Shown here piece after piece: positions 25,801 through 37,800 of a stretch of 55,166 nt of DNA. The notes under the pieces are model-generated. The model worked only from the letters and a program-made list of their open reading frames with translations. It was not told the DNA's origin and did no database searches. The stretch's first letter is position 1; every line of letters starts with the position of its first letter. The DNA comes from Catajapyx aquilonaris (lineage: Eukaryota): the NCBI GenBank assembly GCA_000934665.2, contig KZ538663.1, positions 1 to 55,166 of the forward strand, written 5' to 3'. Both the position numbers and the translations under genes were made by a program.

Positions 25801-28800
25801 CGCTTCGGGATTCAGCTCCTAAGATTAGGACCCAGGCAGGTGTTATCAAGGTGTCAATATAGCACGCAAAATAATGCACCAATGTGTAAAAATAACGTGG
25901 AATTTTTATTTCAGATTTGCTGTGCTGTAAACGTATATAAAATTTACCTGTGAGCTTATTACGTATTCAGTACAACCTGCGTGTATAGCAGGAAAGTCCC
26001 ATGTGATTTCAGTTGGGTACTGAACGGAACTGCTGGAATATTTAATTATTCATTGCGTTGTGCGTAAAGTGAGAGTGGAGCATGTTTTTGTGAACCTTTC
26101 TTTATGAACGAGGCTGTGCTGCAAGCTAAAGGTATGAATATGCACCATGAAAACTCTAGAAAAGTTCCCATCAATTTTCAGCAAAATTCACACATGCTGC
26201 GAATGCTTCACGTTCCAGTATGTTTGAATTAAAAAATTCTGCTTAGGATATATCGCAACCTGCGTAATTGCGTGTCCAGACCATATGATAAAATTAGGGT
26301 GTATGACCTGCATGCAAATATACTTGGAGCTTACCCAGCTTTCCTGACAGCACCAGTGCAGTTAAAAGACGCGGCGGCCGCGTCGCTCTGTTTCCCTCGG
26401 AAGGGCGAGTTATGAACGCTCTCTGCCTCGTCTTCGTCGCTCACTGCAGTCGTCAGCGACATCCGCTCGTCGTCCGATATCTTCAAAATGAGCAACATGA
26501 GGGGGTAATATCACTCTGTCAAAGCTACAAACACTGGACTGTCATCAAGGGTTGTACAGATGCGAATTTGTGCGATACTGTCAATAAAGTGTACCTGTCC
26601 ACAACTTTTTTTGACATACAATTCGGTTTTTGACAAAACAAACGAGAGAGCTGAGCAAATGCGGAGATTGCTGTAAAACTGGTTTCATCATCAGTACAGT
26701 GTTGGACATTAATCGCGGCATACTGCTTGCGACATTTTCTAAGTGCAAGTCGCAGTGAGCCGTGCGAGTAAGAAGAGGTAGGCCTTGAGAAACGTCACCG
26801 GCTGGGGGGCAATGGAGAACAGGCTTGTCCCCAGCCAGTGACGTCACCCAAGTGCTACCATTTCTTACTCGCACGGCTCGCACTTCGATTTGCACTTATG
26901 CCGTATCAGAAAATGTCGCTAGTAGTATAACGGAATGTCCAGAACTGTACTGTGCAACGTCATGTTATTATGAATGTGCATATACTTTTTGGTGTCCCTA
27001 TATTTGCTTAATTTTAAAAAAAATACCGACTGTCGACAACAGCAAATGCATTTTAATTAATCACACATCTCATTAGCGATAATTTACTGCGGTTTTTGTC
27101 ACCTGTAACCTATATTGTATACATCACATACATTATACAAGCACACTATATCGTCAGCAAGACTGTACATTACGTGGCTACATTGTCTGCATTAATTAGC
27201 GGGTGTTTGTAATTTGTTGTTGCAGGATGCTGGATCAGGGACGCTGCAGATAACGCATAGGTTAGTGATTGGGTGATCAGGATAAAGACATCTGAGTGTG
27301 ACTAATACTGTAGTTCGGACTTACTCGTATAGGGTCCAATAGTGTGTTATCGATGGGTAGGTCAATTTCTGCTGTTCTTTCCCATGCTCGTAGTAATTCA
27401 CTGTCATCCTTGTGACGACCTTTAAAAGTGAGCAATTGTGCGACCTTGGCATAGTTACCAACCTTGAACAGTAGTATCAATACTATCTAATTTCACTGCC
27501 CCCTATATCGCATAACAATCGAATTAGCCTCGTTGTTTTCCCATCTCACGTTACTAAGCTTAAAGCTATCCCATATTAAAGTAACAACATTTAACTATCA
27601 TCACTTTAGAGAACAAAAAGCAGAAGTTCATTGCCACCATTGGCTGTGAATAGAGTTAGAAAAGTTCTCGAAAAATAGCCCGCGGCTCTTTCCCTTCATG
27701 TCGAGACTGGCAAAGGCATCAACGTAATGCAATTCTTCGAGTCAATCACTCCCGTGCGATTCAAACTCAGGCACGTTGTGCGGTACTTCAACATCCAACA
27801 GGCGTACAAATCTGGACATTTTCACACGATTTGGTCCGTCTGAACAACCTCAACCGGAATAAGCACATTTGTTATGTAAGTCACTTTTTACATACAATTC
27901 CACTGTTAGACGCACTATGGGGCTCAAATTGTTTCGGCCATTTTATCCTGGTCTTGAAGCAACCCTTCACACTTCCTCGCCGTGGGTACTGTGCGAAGGG
28001 TTGCTTCAAGATCAGGATAGTGGCCAGAATTTGAGTGCTGAACAAGTGTGCAACAGGCACCTCCTAAGGCTAATATAATTTTCTTTGTTTCCTGAGAGCA
28101 GCCGTGAATTATGTAAAGTTATGGTAAAGCATATAACGTTGCTGGCGGAGTGTGTGCTTGTAATATGTTAATAGTTGCTAAACTGCAGTGTGTGTAGTAT
28201 CACTTTGAGCAAATGCAGAGGTTTAAACATTCAGGTACTGCTCTCCCCTTAGGGCAGATGAAAACTGCTGTTGGTGAATTCGGTGTTGCCTGTTGCACAT
28301 GGCCCCACTACTGAGAAAATCTAATAATGTCTATAAAACGCATCGCTTTTTGAGCTTCCTCCATGCAAGAACACTAATAACGTTTGTTTTATTCCAAAAT
28401 GCGATTTCAGAAAGGGACCCACCTTTTGCACGGAACCCAACTTTTGCATTCTGGCTTACCCCATTTCCGATGTTTCCTAACTAATCTCGTAAACACCCAT
28501 TTTAACGGACATTTTCCTCTGCAATTTCTCAGCCGGATATAGGCAATTCGGAGTGGCAGTGAAAGGATGGGGATTAGCGCTCGTCCTGTTTGCTGGCCAC
28601 GGAAACTTCCACTGGGAATGGACTTTTGGCAGTTTTTGGAGGAGAAAAGTAGTGTTACAGCCAAAGGAGTTCTTGCAGACGGTGTAAGTTATAAGTTGGG
28701 TACACCTTACCGTAGGGTATGGTAGCAAAAATTTGGGGAACAGTGTTCCTACCTACAGTAGTTGGAGGATAGAAGCTGCATATGGCAGGGTGAGTCACAA

Positions 28801-31800
28801 AGTTGCAGGTAGTCCAGCAGCCAGTGGATAGATTAGCCCAAAAAATGTAACCCTCTCGGTACCGGCGCCGTATTTTACGGCGCTACACTTTGGGAATTTT
28901 TTTTGCGGAACTTGTAATGTGACAAATGTAGAGAAACTTACCAGTTGTTCTCACGATTTGTTTTGGACCAATCGACTGGATACTGGATGATCTGCCCCCT
29001 TTTTTTTACTAACAATGCGTATGATTATATTCTATAGCAAAGCGAAACATTACTGCTGCTGGGGAGAGTGGTCAAGGTTGCGGATAGATTGAGAGGAAAT
29101 ACATTTTCCCAGATCATACACTCTCTACCTGTCACTAACTTGAGCTAAAATACAATTATAACGCTAATAAACAAATTGCTAGCAAATTTTTAAATGTTTT
29201 ACTAACCATTATTATACCGTCTTCTATCGACTAAAAGTAATCTCGATCGACATATTGGTCGGCGCTGCCATACTTCTTTCCCCATCTGTGTGTGTGATAC
29301 AATAATTGTAACCGAGTGTTATTTATTCTTAATGTCCTGAGATACCGCTGACAGATAATGTAGATTTTTTTTTAAAAAAACAGTACTTGTTAATGCTGGA
29401 TAGGGGTCTTCTTACAGTAATTCAAGATAATGTAAGGGGAAAAACAGCGGCTGTTTGTGTTTGTCTAACAAACAATATGCAAATGCACATTATGTGCATA
29501 ATGAGCGTAGGAATGTATGGACTATGTTGTTATTGTATACACAATTTAATGAACGACGTGGAAGGAGCGTCATTGTCCATGGACTAACAATGCATTTCTG
29601 AACTCATGCTGTACTGTACAGTACATAACACAGGGTTAAATATAGGACAGCCCCAGGAGGCCGTACAGAAAACATCACCTTGAACTGTTTACGTAGGTTA
29701 TTTATGCAATGTTATGTATGATATTTATGAAAACCGTTCACTGTTTAACTAACGCAGATGTTTTAAACTGTCGCTTTTATGACCTGAGGAGTATGCATCA
29801 CAAAAAGATTTCGATTATGATCATCATGCAGTTGCAAGCAGAAATAATGGATGCGGAACAATGAAGAATTTTCCGCTTAAACTGCTGTAGGCTATTCGCA
29901 AATTTAATTTCTTACACACCGATGCACATACGAATGCTGTTGGTCGATTGCTTGCTATAGCTTAGAATGTTTCTAACTGAGAGGCACCATTTTTTTGATT
30001 ATTTTCATGCACATGCGAGCTACTTGTAATCAGATTTACCTTTTAAAAATTTGCATCCAGAGTAGAAGGTAATAAATGCTATATGACTGTTAGAAATAAT
30101 GTACGGCAAGAGAAAGTTTAACGCCTCTTTAATGCTCTACGGCTAATGACGCTCCTTGCTTAGCATCATTTTTGTGTCAGAATTTACTACTGCAAGTAGC
30201 CTATAGTATCCTTCCAGAACATTCCTGCTCAATAAGCCCCAGCTTCTGGAGCCCCCCGATCATTTACTCACCCTGCGTGCAATGACCCCCAGCCCAATAA
30301 GTTCCTTCCTTCCCCACCCCCCTTTTTGGCATCCCCCCTCCCCCGCCTTCCCCCACTTTATTTTTCCCTACCTTAGAGAAAAAGACGTTGTTGCAGTCGA
30401 GGGAGGTGGTCCTCCAATGCGTATGCGCATAACGCTTGAGGCCCTGCTCATGCGACCTACACCCATTAAATAAGGCGATTCGGGAACGTCTGAAGGGATG
30501 GTGTTGTTTGTGTCTCCTCTTGCATTCCCGTGGCACATCCTCGCTACTTCGAACAAGGCACTTGGTCTCGGAGAGTTCTCCGCCGGTACTACTGTTACGT
30601 GGGGGAGCACGAACACCGCGCCCTGGGAATGTATGGAACTGGTGATGATGATGATGGGTTTGGTTGTGGTGGTGACGGTGTCGATTGTTGTTGTGGTTGT
30701 TGTTGCAGATGGTGCACGAGTCTCTTCGTGATGTAGGGGCTGAGCGACACTTGACACCGTCGTCTTCTGTCCAGGCGCTGAGGACGTCCTTTACGAACTC
30801 GAAGAGTTGCTGGATGTTGGCCTCGCGATGGCTGCGGATATTACCGTCCGGCCATTTCGGTGGTTCCAGTCTGCACCGGAGACGTCGTGTGCTATGTATG
30901 GAAATGTATGAGGGACGCTGCCTCAGTCCGGGATGCGACTTAATCGGGACACTGTCCGGCAAAGGCGTGGTAGACTTTTGGCTCGTGGCATCAAACGATG
31001 GCAAATTTGGCAAAATCAGTATGACAGTGACAATCAAACAACTGACAGTGAGATGGCTCGCCGATTTACCACGCAGTACTATTCTCCACAGATAGATGGA
31101 GCACCCTCCCTATGCACATTCCTGCCACCGTGCGAGAGACAGCGATACTATCAGACTGGGAAAACATCTGACGGAGAGAATAACTCGCTGTATTGTACAC
31201 AGCGGCAACATGCTTCAAAAAACTATTCCAAACTACGGGCCTGATCTACATTATGCAAAATGCTCGTAGGCTCTAAATGGTGCTTGTTAATGAATTGGCC
31301 TTTTTTTTAAAAAAAATAGAAGGCAGCAGAGGTCCATTTCGAATGAAAAATGCATCTGGATTTAGCAAGAAATGCCCATATACAACAGCTATATCTTGCA
31401 AATAATGGAGCGTGCGATTTATGTTGACTGCCGCGCAGATGTGGGAAACATTACTATTCATAATACATGGTGTTTCTGAAAGAAGTGAGTTTTTCCTACG
31501 CCGTCAAGACGCCATTGTGAATTAAAGTCGTCTGAAACTTTTATAAGGAAAAGCCAAATTTGCCGTACAACACTTGAAGCTAAATTCGAGTCTATATATG
31601 CATATGTTAGATATTTCCAGTGTTCATTTTTTAAAAATTGCCTAGTTAAAGTTAGATGAGGATGAAATCAAATCAAAGTGTGTGTGCGTTATGCACAAAA
31701 CGTAGCATGTTTGCAATATTGCACTAGTGAGAATGGCGTGAGTCTGTTGTGTTTTTATATTTACACGTCACATGCTTTTGGAATAGAAATTTGAGCCGTG

Positions 31801-34800
31801 CAGTCATTTTTTTACTGTTCCCTATCGGTTTCAATCTGGTGATAAGCAAGGTTTACAGCAGTCTATAAAACTCTGGATGAATGGCAATAAAGTGACACTA
31901 GTAGGAGTAGCGTGCAACATATTTCGTGTTATGAAGAACAATATAGCTGACTTGGCTAGAAACTTTGATTTTGTAATCAATACGAAGGTATTAAACATTC
32001 ATATGAAGTTTGGACATTTAAATTAGAACCTGTCTAACTGGGATGCTGAGACAAAAGGTCAAAACATAAAGTCAACTCAGGTGTGGCACACTGAAATAGT
32101 TTCTCTCGACACACTGTACTGTACAGTAGCATGACCTCGAACTCGGTTGTCACTTAGAGGAAACTTTAGAAACATGTGGCTGTATTTTTGGTATCTTAAT
32201 ATACCAAAGGGAACTGTTTCTAGAGTACACAATGCCTGGTTCACGTGGTTCTAGCTTTAGTTTATTAATTCATCGATTCGTGTTTGTCAGGTCATTAAGA
32301 TCTCGTATTGATTTATCGAAGCCTAAATCGAGTAGTTATGATCTAATCTGGAACATTTCCATTATAAAATGAAGCTGAAAAATTGTTCCGGGTCCGCCCA
32401 CTTGCATGTGTACAATGAAATGTCCCCATAAATAAATTATGGCCTACACATAGTAGTGCATACTACTCTTGTGAGTATTTTGACTTGCTTAATATTGCAT
32501 CCTCGTACAAGCTATGACTTGCAGTAATTACGACACTATGTGATTAACACTTCCTTTGAAATATTTTTGCATTCCAGCATTTTTATTTTAATGCTTCATC
32601 TGATATGAGGATCATGAGGCTTTCGCGGTGTCCTTTGATGTACTTTACATTTGAGGTTGACTGGACTGCAGGGTAATTAAAGCTGGAATGGACATATTAC
32701 AGTGATGGTGTACTGACTAAGTACCACAGGAAGTTAGTACATATTCATGGTTCCTCGGTTAGCTCTGAATAAGTTTCTCGGTAACTGACATTTTGGCCAG
32801 AGTTTCATATTGCTTGCCTCAACCAAATTTAGGCTGTGAAAATGTTCAGCCTCAGGTTTTTAATATTCCCTAGCCCAAGGGGTCTACTTTCGAGTCTCGT
32901 CATTTCGTTCCTCATGAAATTACTGCAAAGTATCAGCACAGCAGCGAGATATCAGGAGTAATACTGCTGTCACACAAGGGGTTTGGAGATGAGCCTGCCA
33001 AGATGGGCAAATTAAAATGGTGTATTTCAGCCTGAGAACTTTGGAGCGGCTTTAAAACATCGAATTTATAAGACTTGGCAATATCGGGAACCACATTACC
33101 CAGTGGCGTAATCCTACACGAGTGGAAAGGAATCTCATAAGGCTGATTTTCCGTTATAATGTTATCGCTCTGAAGGATCTACCGTAGTACGCTACTTTCA
33201 AACTTTTCCTAACTAAGCCTCTGTTATTATATGAGCTTAAAAGACAGGAAAAGCTATGCAATAATTATTTCAAATAGTTAATCAAGAAAAATTTAGGCAG
33301 TTCTGTACATTATGTCCATGTTTTCCACAACTGTAACAATAATTATTATACTTGTAATTACATTTGTATTATATTGTTACAGTTGTCAAAAAATTAAGGC
33401 CATAATGTACAGAACTGCTAGCATTAGCATGTTGTGCACTTACCTTTAATAGTCTACTCGCTTATTGTGCATCTATCTAATGAGGAATCTAGCCCCAAAA
33501 TGCCGTGAAACAATGAAACAATAGAGAGGGAAGCAAAACCTTGAGCGGAATTGCATGGACTTTCGCATCGATCAGTTCTTCCTGGTAAGATCTGCTTGGC
33601 AGAAAACAGCGCCTGCTTCAAAAAGCCACCTATGGGGGATTCAAAAACCTAGCCAAGCTGGGCCCCGATCGAAAGTTTCTCTCGTCATTGGCAACCAATT
33701 AGCGCCCGTTGAAACTGCAATCGGATTTTGCTTGGCCTCCTTGTTTTCTGAAAACCGGCACCTATATACAGTACTAATTACATCAGCCATACTCTGCACT
33801 GTACCGGCATAATTTATGTGATGACGCAACTGTATCTGCAACTATTTAACGAGACAAACTGACGCAATGGCATATTCATTTTGTAGGCGTGCAGTAAGTG
33901 GCCATATTTGCTCCAATTGCGCTAATTTACTCCAACATGAAAAGCAATACCTGTTTCCTCCTATCATGACACTTTAATGATAGGTACGTGTTATTGCCTT
34001 GGTAAATTTTAACAAGTCAAGGTGGCAATTTGCCCACCTCTTTGCATGTGTTTTGCGCAGCGTGAGGCTCTGAATGTTATTTGGAGGACTGCAGACGTCT
34101 GATTGCAGTTCCGACTTAGTAATTGGTTGCTATTGACGAGAAACTTGCGGTCTGATAATTCACTATGAGTATTTCGACTTTGAAGCAGGTGGGATTTATT
34201 TTGAAATGCGGTACACTTGTAATGCATTGCGTTTTAGCAAGATGAGCTGATAATTCCCAATAGCAACTTTGTGCCGTTTGGGGAATTTTTTTTGAAGGAT
34301 TAATTTGTTTGGAAACTTCTTGCAGATTACTATGTTGTTTGCTCAAATGGAATTGGAGTAATTGATTTTTCTTACAAAAAAGGTACTGCAGCATTTCGGA
34401 AAGTATCGTTTCAATTTCAAGTCGTAATTGGGTCGTAATGGGTATTACAAAATATGCAGTGAAATTTTACGCCAATGTTGCATATAGTCCAGTAAATGTA
34501 TCTATATTGCCATCAACCCTCATATACGTTTTTCTTAGACGTTCAAGTGAATCAAGTGTATTTTACATTGCTTGTAATATGACAACACGAGTTTTCTCAA
34601 ACTATTAGTGACAACTTTCGAATAAAAATATTGAATATTTGTATTCGAAAGTTGTCACTAATAGTTTGAGAAAACTCGTGTAACGTCGAATCTCATACAT
34701 ACGAGAGTCCACGTTACAGTTTTTGCAATCAGTAGTGCAGAATACTGTAAGTACGTACATAAAATGAAAACTGCAGAATATCTTAAATAATTCACAAACG

Positions 34801-37800
34801 GCATCAATTCGCAAAATTACATTTGGTTGAGTTTCTCTGCAAACCCTTGTGCGTATCCCTCAGTAGGCTATAAAATGTTCACTGCCGAGACTGTAAGGAG
34901 ACTGCAATCAGAGCAATGTAAAAAAGAACTGCCATTCTTTGATACAAGCTTTCACAACAAAAGGCTCCTGTTATTTAAATATAACCATGGCTAGGATATG
35001 AATTATGCCTAAACTGCTGGACTAAAATGAAGTGGTCATCATGTTTCTTTCCCCTGATATTAACTGCTGACTCTCATTCTTGCCCACTCATAATTCACCT
35101 GAAACTCTAGCCCTGGCCGTAGTTAAACAATAGACTTGCTCGCCACGAAACCTGGTAACCTGTAATTTTGCTTGCCTTTGCAAGACACAATACAAAGCCG
35201 AGTATATGGATTTGTTTGCGCATAATTGCCACTTTAAGGCTATGGTAACCATATAAGCAAATCATACGTGGTCTTCGTAACGTACGCTGACGATATGGCT
35301 GTATTCGCCGACGATAGGGCTGTATCAGGCGACGATATGGATGTATCCGAAAGGAAGGTTAGGTTAGGTTAGGTTAGGAATGGTTGCGGAGATCACCTTA
35401 CGATTTGCTTATATGCCTACAGTAACATCCAAGCCTAGATGACATCTTTGCTCTCTAAGGTCCGGTTCTATAGAGCTCTGTTGTACCCAAAGTACTAACA
35501 GCCCTCTTTGGAAAGCTAAAGCCCGTTCTTTATGTCTCCACCACTTGAAAACGAGCATCATAAAACCGGCCATAAGGGACAGACTCACCATATGTGTCGC
35601 CAGCCTTCGTGCCAGCAACACACTCACTTGACGCATCTTAAAGCCCGCGACTATCGCTCAATACCTCTCACGTCCCAAAAAATCACTGGAATGCACTCGC
35701 GCCATAGAAAATAACCAAATGCGGCACTGGACCTCCTGGAGAATCCTACGCGAAACAGCAACGACCTTGACCCACTTTGGGCCAAAAGTCGAACCAGCCT
35801 TTTTTTTTGCCAGACCCAATTTTTTGGGAGTGGAATTATACCCATTGATAGAGGCACGGAATGAGGCAGCGATCGCGCTGTCGCTCCTGGATTGTCGCAA
35901 CTGTCGCTCTTCCTCCTCGTCTTCTTCGTCCTCCTCGTCCTCTTCCTCTTCCTCCTCGTCCTCCTCGTCCTCCGATGGCCAAAGACCAAACCGGACCGTT
36001 CGTAGCCTCGGTTTGGGCGACCTGGGCGAGGCTGGCGGGCAGGCCGGAGTGGGCAGGCCGCCGCCCCCAATGCTGGGCCAGCTTGTATATTCCGTCTCCT
36101 CTGCTGGCCGGCATGGGCCGCTAGCTCCTACCAATTGGAACCATCACTGGCTCAACAGCACACAACGGGGATTCCCCGCAATGTCACTAGTCACTAGTCA
36201 CTGTGGCGTAGGATGGGAAGAATGAAGCTGGCGGACGGTGGTAACGACCACGACCGACTCCAGCGCCGGCTGACATGCGTTTTGGGGGTGCTCTGCTGGC
36301 ATTGATTTTTGCAGGGGGTTGGGGGCGGGGGCGGGGGCGGCCATGGACTAGCGGCGCCCTCGCACTTCCACCGACAGAGTTTCGTATTGCGCCGAGAGCA
36401 GTCGCGGTTTTAGCCTGCTTTTAGAATATTTTCAACAAGTTGTTCAGACAAAACCTATCAAACACGACAATATTTTTATCAAAATAATATACGTGGTTAG
36501 GTTAGGTTAGGTTAGGTTAGGTTAGGGATACTGCAACAAAGCATTGCCTAGGAGAGCAATATCTGGTTTCCCCATGATAGCGGTTTGCTGTACAATTGGA
36601 TTTACGTAATTAATATTGGATTACAAACATAATCTTGTGGGGGTATGGCAATCCTTATTAAAGGTACAACAAATGGGAATGGATTTCTCCATTGTTTGTT
36701 GTGAGGGCAGGGGAATGCTTGTCCTGATCTCTTGATAATTGATTTCCAGTTTGTTTCATCCGGGCGCTCAGGCAACATGATCCGGATGAGGAAAGGGAAA
36801 GGTTTTTTTTTTCCTCCCTTACCAAGGCAGAGGTTTCGATCAAGGAGAAACACAATTGGATTTTTCCATTTCCTAAGCTGTAGATGAGAACTTGACAACA
36901 ATCTAGTGAAGCATTTAATTCTCCTCATAACGTTGGGGGGTTTCCACTCAGCTCTGACGTAGCCTTGTGCCAGTTCCAATTTTATTCCATTTATGTGATT
37001 AGAGTTCGGATCGGTTCGATCTAACCCATAATTTTGCATCACTTACAGATCAGTTGATGATATTAGAAAGAATATTGATGGTGATAAGACAGAATACGTG
37101 ACCTGCTGTATTGAACAACAATGAAACTTGCATGTACAAGATACTTCCATTAAAGCAATTAACGTTGCATGTAAAATTAGCATATTTTGACACTGTTTTC
37201 ATAATCAGTTAAAACAAACAAGCTTGCAAAACTTACTACCGCATGTACACTGTAACCACCACACCTGACAGGACGTCACGTACCGATCTGCTTCCTTTAA
37301 TATGCACGCATGTATGATAACCAACTCCGCATGCTGACGCCCTCTAACTTTTTGTCCACATTAATTTTATGTCACTCATCGTGTTAAACTTATGTTCCAT
37401 ATCCGCACGCCAGGTATCCGCTCACGCAATCAGATCAATTCCCATATCACAACATGTCAAGCATACCTTTGACACTGTGAGTGCTGGTGTCACTAGTTTA
37501 GTCCCCTACCCATCCCAGGTGATCAGGCTTACCTGTTCCTAAACCGACTGGAAAATGTCACTCACCTTATCTGCATCAGGTAGTCTATAGGCACATACTG
37601 TCATAGGAATGTAAGGTATCTGTACAGTACACTTTATCTGTCGCATACATTTCATTTAATGTTGTAAAATTAGTGGAGAAGTTGTTCTGACATTTGGCAC
37701 ATGTTCGCTAAGACTGTTCATCTGGAAAGTGCTTTTTGATCTATTTCAGTTTTTAACAAGTTAGAACAGGGGGTGTACAAAAAAATAATGAGGTTGGGAG

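Noticed and set aside
35357..36527. True telomere or TRAS/SART insertion
   Set aside because: The arrays have only 4-6 units, are intronic, and no reverse transcriptase, endonuclease or poly(A) end is visible.
36602..37042. 146-aa minus-strand ORF with a faint resemblance to a piggyBac 'DESLCLWKG' motif
   Set aside because: No catalytic motifs are convincingly present; the similarity is too weak to call.
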